Shown here piece by piece: positions 16,588 to 25,442 of a stretch of 32,000 nt of DNA; positions within the stretch are counted from its first letter, which is position 1; each line of letters opens with the position of its first letter. The notes beneath the pieces are model-generated. The model saw nothing but the letters and a program-made list of their open reading frames with translations. It was not told where the DNA came from and made no database searches. The stretch lies in the NCBI RefSeq assembly GCF_000419585.1, contig NZ_ATTH01000002.1, forward strand, positions 95,873 through 127,872, given 5' to 3'. The translations under genes were made by a program, and so were the position numbers. This stretch comes from Salisaeta longa DSM 21114. Lineage in GTDB: Bacteria; Bacteroidota; Rhodothermia; Rhodothermales; Salinibacteraceae.

Positions 16588-17910
16588 ATGTCGGACGCAT
16601 CGGACGATTCCTTTCCCGCCTCTAAGCTCGACCGTGGAAAGATTTTTGCCAAGACCGGGCTCAAGGTGGGTGCCAACTACGCCAAGTACCTGGCCGACCG
16701 CGTCACCAAGGGCAAAGACGATGGCACGCGCAAGCGTGACCTGAACACCCGCAACGCCCAGGAGCTCTTCCGCGAGTTTACCAAGCTGCGCGGCACGGCC
16801 CTGAAGCTGGCGCAGTCGATGAGCATGGACACGGGGGTGCTGCCGGAGGAGTTCATGGATGTGATGGCGCAGGCGCAGTATCAGGTGCCGCCGATGAACA
16901 AGGCGCTGGTGCAAAAGCGCATCCGCGACGGATTGGGCGCGTACCCGGCGCAGCTGTTTGACGCGTTTGAAGCCGAGGCCCTGGCGGCGGCGTCGATCGG
17001 GCAGGTGCACCGCGCGCGCCTCGACGACGGCACGCCCGTGGTGGTGAAGGTGCAGTACCCCAACGTTCGCGAAACCATTGCCTCGGACCTCGCGATGGCC
17101 CGCTCCATCATCAAGCGGATCGTGAAGAGTCCCAACCTCGACGAGTACATGGACGAGGTGCGCGCCCGGCTGAACGAAGAGACCGACTATCTGAACGAGG
17201 CCGAAAACATCGCCTTCTTTGCCGAGCAATATGCGAGCGATGCGGTCGTCACGCCGCAGCCGGTTCGGGCGTACACCGCCGAAACCGTGCTTACCATGAC
17301 GTACGTGGAGGGGCAGCACCTCGACGCCTTTCTGGCCGACGACCCGCCCCAAGCGCGCCGCGACCACTTTGGACAGCGCCTGTGGGATTTCATCCACGAA
17401 CAGATTGCGAGCGACCACCGCACCATCCACGCCGATGCGCACCCGGGCAACTTCCTCTTTCGCACCGACGGCCGCCTGGGCGTTATCGACTTTGGGTGCG
17501 TGAAGACGTTTCCGCAGGACTTTCGCGACGATATGCTGCGGCTGTGGCGGGCGCGCATTGCGGATGACAGCGCGGCCATCGAGCCGCTGCTCTACCGCCT
17601 CGACATTTTGCACGAAGGCATGGATGCCGCGGCCCGCGCGCGCCTGCGGGACTTCTTTGACCGCTTCGGGTCGTTGATTGTGCGCCCGTACCGCACCGAC
17701 CGCTTCGACTTCGGCGCGCCCACCTTCCACCAAGAGCTGCAGGCCCGCTTTCGGGAAGCCTCGGAGCTCCGCGAAACGACCGGCTCGCCGCACTTCGTGT
17801 TCTTAAACAAGGTGCTGGTGGGCATCTTCAACCTGATGGGCCAGCTGGGGCCGGTCATCGACACGCGACGCAGCCGCACCCTGCTGGAAGGCACCGTCAC
17901 GGCGCTGTAG
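16588..17910 (+). CDS. ABC1/AarF/UbiB-family atypical protein kinase
   Basis: 440-aa ORF. FTKLRGTALKLAQSMSMDTGVLPEEF, AAASIGQVHRARL, VVVKVQYPNV and HADAHPGNFLF are hallmark ABC1-family motifs. Its last ~266 nt are duplicated at 30153-30418. Confidence 0.9.
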   Translation: MSDASDDSFPASKLDRGKIFAKTGLKVGANYAKYLADRVTKGKDDGTRKRDLNTRNAQELFREFTKLRGTALKLAQSMSMDTGVLPEEFMDVMAQAQYQVPPMNKALVQKRIRDGLGAYPAQLFDAFEAEALAAASIGQVHRARLDDGTPVVVKVQYPNVRETIASDLAMARSIIKRIVKSPNLDEYMDEVRARLNEETDYLNEAENIAFFAEQYASDAVVTPQPVRAYTAETVLTMTYVEGQHLDAFLADDPPQARRDHFGQRLWDFIHEQIASDHRTIHADAHPGNFLFRTDGRLGVIDFGCVKTFPQDFRDDMLRLWRARIADDSAAIEPLLYRLDILHEGMDAAARARLRDFFDRFGSLIVRPYRTDRFDFGAPTFHQELQARFREASELRETTGSPHFVFLNKVLVGIFNLMGQLGPVIDTRRSRTLLEGTVTAL

Positions 17911-17954
17911 CAACCGGGCGGGACCGCACTCCTCGATCGGGCGCGTGCGTCTCG
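17645..17954. repeat. Left copy of a 310-bp direct repeat (3' end of the ABC1-kinase gene plus 44 nt downstream)
   Basis: Base-by-base comparison with 30153-30462 at a constant offset of 12,508 nt. The core 17662-17954 has 5 mismatches in 293 nt and no indels. 17645-17661 has 4 mismatches in 17 nt, and similarity stops upstream of 17645. Confidence 0.9.
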
Positions 17955-18248
17955 CTGATCCACAGCGGGCGTCGTCGGATCCCTCGCCAGCATCGGTTCT
18001 AAGGCAGCGAATTTCGCCTCGCCTGCTGCGGCGGGAGTGAAGCGCACACCCCCCGGCATGCCCCAGCGTGCCGCTTACGGGGCACGTACCGTAAACGATG
18101 GGGGCGTAACATTTACAGGCCGTGAATTTGCCGCATCCTCGTCCGCATGGATCGGAAGGGCGTAGCGGTACGAGCCAGGGGCAAGTCCGGCGGGGAGGCG
18201 TGCGCGGAGGGTGTCCGTGGCGTCCGAGAGGACGCGTCATCGGTCGGT

Positions 18249-18293
18249 CGTGCACACCACGATGGACCGTGCACACCACGATGGACCGTGCAC
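18249..18293. repeat. Perfect 19-bp tandem repeat, 2.4 copies (CGTGCACACCACGATGGAC)
   Basis: Units at 18249-18267 and 18268-18286, plus a partial unit at 18287-18293. This gives three GTGCAC palindromes at 19-bp spacing. It abuts or overlaps the stop codon (18293-18295) of the NatB-like permease gene. Confidence 0.85.
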
Positions 18294-19486
18294 TACGTCC
18301 GGAAGATGATGTTTTCCTGCCGGAAGAGATAGGCGCACACGCCCAGCCCCAGCGCGGCCCACACCGCGAGCGAGCCGTAGACGAGCGCCAGCATGCCCAG
18401 GGCGATGTCGCCCGCGATCACGCCTTTGGTGGCAAGCGAGACGTTCAACACCGGGACGAGCGCCGTCACCGCGTCGAGCTCGATGCCCGGCAGCAGGCCG
18501 ATGAAGACCGGGAAGATGACCACGATGGTCAGCGGGTTGATGATGCTCTGCGCTTCCTTGAACGACTTGGCGTAGAAGGAGAGCGAGAGCTGCGCCGCAC
18601 CGAAGAAGAGCGTCAGCGGCACGAGCATCGTGAGCAGCGCCGCCATGACGCCGGGGTCGAGAATGTCGTACGCCGCGTCGAGCAGCGACTGCGGAACGTC
18701 GTCGACGAGCATCGGCGAGATGACGACGCTTCCGATGGCGATCACGGCCGAGGCCACGCCCGTCAGCACGATGGTGCCAAGCTTGCCGAGGAGGATCTGC
18801 GGGCGGCTCGCCGGGGTGGAGAGCAGCGCCTCCAGCGTGCCGCGCTCTTTCTCCCCGGCGCCCAGGTCGATGGCCGGGTACATGCTGCCGAGGAAGCAGA
18901 AGAGAATAAAGACGTAGGGCAGAAAGCCGCCGATGCTACGCGCGATCTTCTCCTGCGCGGTGGCTACGTCCACGTCGCGCACCTGCACGGCCTCGGTGGC
19001 GTCGAGCGAGAGCTGCAGGGTCGAAAACCGCTCCTCTAACAGCTGCCGCTCGTAGCCGTCGAGCACTTGCTGCAGCCGGCGCCGCAGGATGTCGGTGTTG
19101 TCGCCCGACTTGTAGACGAACTCGATGGCGCCCGCGCGCAAGTTCTGCACGGCGTCCTGGAAGGACGGGGCTACGATGAAGGCCGCATCCAGCACCTCGC
19201 GCCGGACGCGCGCCCGCGCCGAGTCCGGCGCCAGCCTGGTGACGACGTCCACCTGGGGCGCCGCCGCAAGCCGCTCGGCCAGCCCGTCGGCCTGCGCGCC
19301 GTGGACGAGCGCCACGCGCAGCGTCCGCTGGGCGGCCTGTTCACTCTGCGACTGCATGATCCACGTCGACGCTACAAACAGTAGCGGAAACAGCACGAGC
19401 GGCACTACCACCATGGCAATGATGGTGCGGCGGTCACGCAGCGTGTCAATCAGCTCTTTCTTGAAGACGGTAAATGCAGCGCGCAT
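18293..19486 (-). CDS. ABC-2 type transporter permease (NatB-like)
   Basis: 397-aa ORF. The N-terminus MRAAFTVFKKELIDTLRDRRTIIAMVVVPLVLFPLLF, a large extracytoplasmic loop, then five more hydrophobic segments including EKERGTLEALLSTPASR, which is typical of NatB/ABC-2 permeases. Confidence 0.85.
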   Translation of the reverse strand: MRAAFTVFKKELIDTLRDRRTIIAMVVVPLVLFPLLFVASTWIMQSQSEQAAQRTLRVALVHGAQADGLAERLAAAPQVDVVTRLAPDSARARVRREVLDAAFIVAPSFQDAVQNLRAGAIEFVYKSGDNTDILRRRLQQVLDGYERQLLEERFSTLQLSLDATEAVQVRDVDVATAQEKIARSIGGFLPYVFILFCFLGSMYPAIDLGAGEKERGTLEALLSTPASRPQILLGKLGTIVLTGVASAVIAIGSVVISPMLVDDVPQSLLDAAYDILDPGVMAALLTMLVPLTLFFGAAQLSLSFYAKSFKEAQSIINPLTIVVIFPVFIGLLPGIELDAVTALVPVLNVSLATKGVIAGDIALGMLALVYGSLAVWAALGLGVCAYLFRQENIIFRT

Positions 19487-19543
19487 GGTAGGTCGGCGGG
19501 TCGAGGGAGGAAGGGGGACGAGCCGGAGCGACGCGGGGAACGA

Positions 19544-20329
19544 TCAGGCCGCTTCCACGCGGCGAATGAACTCGTCTTCGAGGGTGGGCGCTTCCATTTC
19601 ATCGGAAAAGGCGTCGAACGAGCCGGCGTAGAGGAGACGGCCCTCGTGCAAGAGGCCGAGGTCGTCGGCCAGCAGGTTGACCTCGTCCATCCGGTGGGTG
19701 GAGAAGATGACGGTTTTGCCATCGTCGCGGCACTGGCGCACGAGGCGGATGATGCTGCGGGCAGCGATCACGTCGAGCCCGGCGGTGGCCTCGTCGAGCA
19801 CGACCACGTCGGGGTCGTGGATCATCGTGCGGGCGATGCTCACCTTCTGGCGCATGCCCGTCGAGAACTTGCCGATGCGCCGGTCGGCAAAGGCGTGCAT
19901 GTCGAGCAGGTCGAAGAGCGCGTCGCGTCGCCGCTGGAAATCCGTAGAAGAGACGCCGTGCAGGTCGGCGTGGTACTTGACGAGCTCGTGGGCGGTGAGG
20001 CGGTCGTAGAGGCCGGTGCTGCCGGTCAGGAAGCCGAGCTGGCGGCAGACGGCGCGCGGGTGCTCCATCACGTCGCAGCCGCCGACGCGGACGGTGCCTC
20101 GCGTCGGCTTGAGCATGGCGGCAATGATTCGGAGCGCCGTTGTCTTGCCCGCGCCGTTGGGGCCGAGCAGGCAGAAGATGCGGCCCGGTTGGCAGGTGAA
20201 CGAGACGTCGCGCAAGGCGTCGAGGGTGTCGCCCGTGTAGCGGTCGCCCATTTCCTTTTTCTGCTCACGCGAGAGCGTGTACGTCTTGGAGAGCTGTTGC
20301 ACCTCGATCATAAGAGTACCGTTGGACAC
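19544..20329 (-). CDS. ABC transporter ATP-binding protein (NatA-like)
   Basis: 261-aa ORF with Walker A GPNGAGKTT, signature FSTGMRQK and Walker B VVVLDEATAGLD. An alternative ATG at 20311 would start the protein at MIEVQQLSK. Confidence 0.9.
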   Translation of the reverse strand: MSNGTLMIEVQQLSKTYTLSREQKKEMGDRYTGDTLDALRDVSFTCQPGRIFCLLGPNGAGKTTALRIIAAMLKPTRGTVRVGGCDVMEHPRAVCRQLGFLTGSTGLYDRLTAHELVKYHADLHGVSSTDFQRRRDALFDLLDMHAFADRRIGKFSTGMRQKVSIARTMIHDPDVVVLDEATAGLDVIAARSIIRLVRQCRDDGKTVIFSTHRMDEVNLLADDLGLLHEGRLLYAGSFDAFSDEMEAPTLEDEFIRRVEAA

Positions 20330-20482
20330 GTGAGATCGCGGGAGAAGGCTTCAGTCACGGAGGATAAGCACGCCGTCCCCTTTCGGAAACCCCTCTTTAA
20401 TGAACGGTGACATGGTGTGCTGAACGGCAGATTCCGCCAGCGGGGAGCCGGCTGGGCTGCCAGAGACGGTGCTGCCATCCGT

Positions 20483-21619
20483 CTACGACCGTTGGCTAGA
20501 CGTCGCCGCTGCATGGGTTGCGTCTGCAGGTTTGGTGGCAGAGGCATCCGTACCTGTTTGCACGCGGCTGGGATTGCGGGGGACGCGCGCCGTTGCAACC
20601 ACGGTAGCCGGTCCATCCATTCCTAACTCGATCGAAGCCTCGGAGCCAAAGAGCAGGCGGAGGCGCTCGCGTACGTTTTGCAGCCCAATGCCGCCGGAAC
20701 GGTCCGACCCATTGAGTTGCCCGGTGTTAGCAACCCGCAGGTGCAGCGCATCGGCAGCGCAATGAGCGCTCACCCGCACCGTACCGCCGTTGGGCCGGGG
20801 GGCGATGCCGTGTTTGATGGCGTTTTCCACGAGCGTCTGTACGAGCAGGGGCGGAACAGAACGGCTGCACACGGCGGGGGGAACATCAATCCGGTACGCC
20901 AGCCGCTCCTCTAGGCGCACCGATTCGAGTTCGAGATACGTGCGTACAATCTCGATCTCCTTGCGCAGCGGCACCGTAACCGTCTTGCTGCTTTGCAGCG
21001 TGGTACGCAAGAGCCGCGCGAGGCGTGTGATCATCGTCTGCGCTTGCTCCGGATCCTCCGCCACGAGCGCGCGCACGCTGTTGAGGCTGTTAAAGAGAAA
21101 GTGCGGGTTGAGCTGCAGCTTGAGCGCGTCGAGCTTCGCCTCGCGCGATTGAACGGCCATCTCTAGCCGGTCGATTTCGGCCTGCCGGTAGTTCCAGAAA
21201 AAGTGCAGGCCGAAGTAGATCGTGGACCAAACGAGCAAGAGCAGGCCACCTCCGGTGAGGGCCGACACCAACAAGACGGGCTTCTGCAGCGTTGACAAGT
21301 CGCCGGCCCCCTCCGGTAGCCATCCGGCTTCACTCATGCCAATTTGAACCAGGTTCCAGATCACACTGAGGAGTACTGCAGCCAGGAGCATGCGGGGAAT
21401 GAGCGCGCGTAGGGGGAGGCGTGTCCAGTTGTAGGCGCGGAGATACGCGCGGTACGCGTGCGTAAGGCCGACGCCCAAGCCTACTGTTAAAACAAACCCA
21501 GTACCGAGTTCGATCGTGTGCGCCGCATCTTCCAGCAGGGCGTACAGCACGACGCCAAACGCCGCCCATAGGCCCCAGCCGCCAAGCTGGCACACCCAGT
21601 ATGCCTGTTTGCGTGTCAT
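20483..21619 (-). CDS. Sensor histidine kinase, LytS/YehU type (PF06580 His_kinase + HATPase_c) with a membrane-only sensor region
   Basis: 378-aa ORF. The N-terminal ~170 aa are hydrophobic helices with no sizeable extracytoplasmic domain. These are followed by LKLQLNPHFLFNSLNSVRAL (the PF06580 H-region), the N box LVENAIKHG and the G box GGIGLQNVRERL. It starts 29 nt after the stop of the permease::M1 gene. Confidence 0.85.
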   Translation of the reverse strand: MTRKQAYWVCQLGGWGLWAAFGVVLYALLEDAAHTIELGTGFVLTVGLGVGLTHAYRAYLRAYNWTRLPLRALIPRMLLAAVLLSVIWNLVQIGMSEAGWLPEGAGDLSTLQKPVLLVSALTGGGLLLLVWSTIYFGLHFFWNYRQAEIDRLEMAVQSREAKLDALKLQLNPHFLFNSLNSVRALVAEDPEQAQTMITRLARLLRTTLQSSKTVTVPLRKEIEIVRTYLELESVRLEERLAYRIDVPPAVCSRSVPPLLVQTLVENAIKHGIAPRPNGGTVRVSAHCAADALHLRVANTGQLNGSDRSGGIGLQNVRERLRLLFGSEASIELGMDGPATVVATARVPRNPSRVQTGTDASATKPADATHAAATSSQRS

Positions 21620-21648
21620 CAGAATGGGGGGAATGATGCTGCGCGCGG

Positions 21649-24600
21649 TCAGTCGTCCGCCGCCCGCGCGACGGTCGTCACGTTATCGCCCACAGCGCGG
21701 TCGATGAGCTTGGCGTACGGGTCGATGCCCGCGCGGGCAGGCTCGTCGTCCACGGTCACAGTGATCGTCTGCGCGCCGCTCTTAAGACGGTGCTTGCGCA
21801 GGTAAAGCGGCTCGGGCGGCACGTCGCTCGTGTCGGGCGGAAAGACGCCCACGTCGATCCAATCGTTCATGGCAACTTCGGTTTCCGCGCCTAGGCTATC
21901 GGCCCGTACCTTTCGGGCGATTACGTTGAGCGTCACGCGGTAGCGGCCGTTGCCGGTCGGCGTGTAGGTGGCCTTAGTTGTGCGGTTTTCGTAAAGCGTA
22001 ATGGTGCGAAACCAGTCATCGAGAATGTACTGGAGCGAGTCGGGGGTAACGGCCTCCAGCTCCTGCATCAGCTCCCGGGATGTAGGATAAGGCGGCTTGT
22101 TGAACTTCGTTTTGTTGATAAGACGACGCAGGGCCGTGTTCACGCGGTCCTCGCCAATGTAGTCTTGCAAGGCATACATCACGTTCGAGCCCTTCTGGTA
22201 GTGGATGTATTCCTGGCCAGCTACGCGCACAAGCGGCCGTTCGCCGCGCGATGCCGTCCGGCGCCCTTTCAGGTACCGATCGAGTTCGTATTTCAGAAAG
22301 CGGCGCATCTGGTGCGCGCCGTAGCGCTTCTTCATCACCATGAGCGCGCTGTACTGCGAGAGGGTCTCGGAGAGCATCGCGGCGCCCGCCACGTTTGCAG
22401 GCGCCACTTGGTGGCCCCACCACTGGTGCGCCACCTCGTGCGCCGTCACGTAAAACGGGAAGTCGATGTCGCTTTCCTCGTCGAAGCGCATGATGAAGCC
22501 CATTGACTCGGAGAACGGGATGGTGCCCAGAAACGACTGGGCGAAGGCGCCGTGGTACAGCGGAAACTCGGCAATGCGTAGGTGGCGGTTCTGGTACGGG
22601 CCGAAGTGGGTGGTGTAGTAATCGAGCGCCGTGCGCGCCCCGGCTACGAGGCGGTCGAGGTTGAAGGTGTGGGTTGGGTGGTGGTAGACGGTGATGTCAA
22701 CCGGTGCCTGCCCGGAGGCCGTATCGGGCGGCGTCCACCGGGCAGCGACGGTGTCGTACCGCGCAGAGAGCACTGTGTAGAAGTGGAGCATGGGCGCGCG
22801 GGTCGTAAAGCGCGCGTAGCGCCGTCCGTCAGAAAGCCATGTCGTGTCGCGGTGCCCGGGTGCCAGCGCAACCTGATCGGCAGCGGTGCTCACCGTCGCA
22901 GTGAAGTCGATCCAATCGGCATAACGGCTGAAGGCGTTTGTGCGCTGCGCCAGCGAATCATTCCTGGGCGGCAGAGGTGGCTTCGGCGGCAGTCCATAGT
23001 CCTCGCGCTCGCTGGGCGTGGAGAGCTCGCGCCTCGGTTGATAACCAATCTGCGGGAGCACGTTGTTACGCAGAAACGTGCCGTTGGCCACGAGCGCATC
23101 CACGTCTCCGGCGAATCCACGGGTGCGGATTGCCTGGCGCAGGGACAGCTGGAGCGTATCGTTGGGTGGCAGCGGTGCGTCCAGCACGTACGTGCGAAAG
23201 CCCAATGCCTTATCGTTTAGTGCGATTGTAGCCGGCTGGCTAAACGTGAGCTGCTCGACGTGCACGTCGTCTTGCGGGGGCAACTGCACATGCACCGAGT
23301 CGATGGCGCGGGGCGTCTTGTTGACAAGCGTGTACGAGCCGGCGATGGTTGCATCGCGCCGGCTCGGAAAGAGGTCGATGGCCACGTTTACCGCTGTCAC
23401 GCGCGGCTGTGGGGTATCTTCGAGCAGGCCGTACGTCCGCTCGTAGCGGGCACGCAGCGCCTTCTGCTCGTCGTTGGTACGGTAGGTGTGCAGCACGTTT
23501 ACATTGTAGAAGATGACAGCCCCGGTGCAGAGCATGAGCGTGCTCGCGCCGCCGAGGCGCAGCGCCATCGGGCGCGTGAGGCGGCGTTTGGCCTGCTCCC
23601 AGCGCGCACGGAGCGTGGTTTCGTTACCGCGTACCCACAGCAGGCGGGCGATGAGCGCCAGCACGAGGGCCACTGCGCTCCAGTGCAGGGCCGTCCACGC
23701 AAAGCGCGTGAGGTAATGGCCGTACCCGTTCAGGTCGGAGTACGGGATGCTGATCCCGCCGCCGAAGACGTAGAGCGGATGCTCCAGCCCCAACTGCGGG
23801 AGGAAGGCCAGGCTGAGGTAGTAGAGGATGATGAGGAGGTGGCCAACATACTTATGATTGACGACTGTATGCACGACAAGCGCCAGCGCACAGAAGAGCG
23901 CGTTCGATAGCAACCCGATGCCGAACAGCTCGCTCACGTACAGCCCCAGCTCAAACTGCGTGTAGCCCTTCACCAGTTGCGTTCCAATGCCTACAGCCAT
24001 AATAACGGCCTGGAGCACTACCACCATCCCAACCAGTGCTGCAAATTTCGACACGAGCGCAAGGCTGCTCGGCACGGGCAACGTGTCGGTAAGCGGTTGC
24101 ACCTTTAAGTCGCGCTCGCGCCAGACGAGCCGCCCGGCGTAGAACGCGATGAGCACTACCATAATTATGCCGAAGCCGGCGCTCAGCTCGTTTGCTACGA
24201 TGCGTGTTACGGGCTGAACGGTTGTGCCGTACTGCTGCCCAATCTCGTTTGCCCCGATGATAAGGAAAACCATACCGCCCGCCAAAATAGCGTAAAAGTA
24301 CACGTCGCGTACAATCTCAGAGAAAGCGCGCCGTGTGAGCGCTACAAGCTGCTGGAGACGCGCCCGGCTGTTATAGAGCAGCTGCACCGACGGGAGGTCG
24401 AGCTGCGAAATGAGCGTGCTAACGCGCCCTGCCGTCAGCGGATCTGCTTCCTCATCCGCTGTTGTGGTATCGGCCGATCCACCGCCCGCGAGGTGGGCAA
24501 CGCGAAACCGTGCAATGACCCCGGCAACGATCGTTCCGCTTATGCCAATCCACAGCAGCCGGTTAGCCAAGAGCAAGCCCGTGAGCGGCACGAGCCGTGT

Positions 24601-25308
24601 GTTCTGTTCCGTGGTCGTCCAGTAGCGTGTTACCTGATCCACCGTGATGAGGCCAAACGGATCCAGCAGCGCCGCGATCGTGCTATTCTCGATCGGGTTG
24701 CCGGCGATGAGCGTCGCTGCGATGCTGTGGCCGACGAGGAGCAGGATCCCTCCGATGTAATTGGGCAGCATCTTGCGTGTCGTCGCGGCCAGGGCAAAGA
24801 AGAGGGCCCCGGTAAACAGCAGATTGGGTATGACAAACAGCAGGTACGGCTGCAGGTAGGCACTGAGCCGGAAGGCGCCGAACTCGCTGGCGTCGAGCCA
24901 GGGCGTCACCTCGCCCGCCATCAGGCCCAGCGCAAAGCTCGCAAAGATGTAGAGGTTCACGGCCAAGGCTCCCACAAAGCGCCCGCCCAGAAGATCAAGC
25001 TTGCGCACGGGCGTGGTAAACATGAGCGGATGAATCCCGCTGGCGTAGTCACGATAAATGGTTTGCCCCATAAAGGCCGCCGTGATAATAAGGCCCAAGA
25101 AACTAAAGAGGGTCGTGTATAACATGACGGCATAAGGCGAATTAGCCGCCACAATAGGGCTAAGGCCCCCGATGCCGCCGTCTCCAAAAGCCCCACCCTC
25201 GACGTTGACGAGCAGGAAGCTGAGGGCAAAGAAGAGCAGAAAGTACACGTGGGTAGAGAGCGCCCGGAACCGGAACCGGACTTCGTGTGATGCAATACGC
25301 CAGAACAT
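21649..25308 (-). CDS. ABC-2 permease fused to an M1-family (aminopeptidase N-like) zinc metallopeptidase domain
   Basis: 1219-aa ORF. The N-terminal ~600 aa are polytopic membrane protein. The C-terminal half contains HEVAHQWWGH (HEVAH at 22426-22440, His957), a downstream Glu in MLSETL, and GAFAQ at the position of the GxMEN exopeptidase motif, 37 aa before the first His. Confidence 0.85.
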   Translation of the reverse strand: MFWRIASHEVRFRFRALSTHVYFLLFFALSFLLVNVEGGAFGDGGIGGLSPIVAANSPYAVMLYTTLFSFLGLIITAAFMGQTIYRDYASGIHPLMFTTPVRKLDLLGGRFVGALAVNLYIFASFALGLMAGEVTPWLDASEFGAFRLSAYLQPYLLFVIPNLLFTGALFFALAATTRKMLPNYIGGILLLVGHSIAATLIAGNPIENSTIAALLDPFGLITVDQVTRYWTTTEQNTRLVPLTGLLLANRLLWIGISGTIVAGVIARFRVAHLAGGGSADTTTADEEADPLTAGRVSTLISQLDLPSVQLLYNSRARLQQLVALTRRAFSEIVRDVYFYAILAGGMVFLIIGANEIGQQYGTTVQPVTRIVANELSAGFGIIMVVLIAFYAGRLVWRERDLKVQPLTDTLPVPSSLALVSKFAALVGMVVVLQAVIMAVGIGTQLVKGYTQFELGLYVSELFGIGLLSNALFCALALVVHTVVNHKYVGHLLIILYYLSLAFLPQLGLEHPLYVFGGGISIPYSDLNGYGHYLTRFAWTALHWSAVALVLALIARLLWVRGNETTLRARWEQAKRRLTRPMALRLGGASTLMLCTGAVIFYNVNVLHTYRTNDEQKALRARYERTYGLLEDTPQPRVTAVNVAIDLFPSRRDATIAGSYTLVNKTPRAIDSVHVQLPPQDDVHVEQLTFSQPATIALNDKALGFRTYVLDAPLPPNDTLQLSLRQAIRTRGFAGDVDALVANGTFLRNNVLPQIGYQPRRELSTPSEREDYGLPPKPPLPPRNDSLAQRTNAFSRYADWIDFTATVSTAADQVALAPGHRDTTWLSDGRRYARFTTRAPMLHFYTVLSARYDTVAARWTPPDTASGQAPVDITVYHHPTHTFNLDRLVAGARTALDYYTTHFGPYQNRHLRIAEFPLYHGAFAQSFLGTIPFSESMGFIMRFDEESDIDFPFYVTAHEVAHQWWGHQVAPANVAGAAMLSETLSQYSALMVMKKRYGAHQMRRFLKYELDRYLKGRRTASRGERPLVRVAGQEYIHYQKGSNVMYALQDYIGEDRVNTALRRLINKTKFNKPPYPTSRELMQELEAVTPDSLQYILDDWFRTITLYENRTTKATYTPTGNGRYRVTLNVIARKVRADSLGAETEVAMNDWIDVGVFPPDTSDVPPEPLYLRKHRLKSGAQTITVTVDDEPARAGIDPYAKLIDRAVGDNVTTVARAADD

Positions 25309-25442
25309 GACAGGAAAGAACGAACAGTGAGAGGGTAACGGCTGGGGATGGTTGGACGTGTCGGCGCACTAAAGCGCACCAGCGGGGTCGGTAGCGGCTC
25401 CGGGCCGGCCGTCGCTGGCGCTGGATGCGCGCCCACGTTCCT

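Noticed and set aside
18249-18293. The 19-bp tandem repeat considered as a mini-CRISPR array.
   Set aside because: The units are directly adjacent with no spacers, there are only 2.4 copies, and there are no cas genes. It is a simple tandem repeat.
20401-20427. TGAACGG repeated with a 20-bp period (20401-20407 and 20421-20427) upstream of the NatA-like ATPase.
   Set aside because: Only 7 nt are shared. A repeat of that length is expected by chance within a 150-bp spacer.
25309-25442. 134-nt gap between the ABC ATPase and the permease::M1 gene, with a GU-containing stem (GGUGCGC-UUUA-GUGCGCC on the minus strand).
   Set aside because: The stem needs two G-U pairs and has no U-tract. I could not support a regulatory element or an alternative upstream start for the permease.
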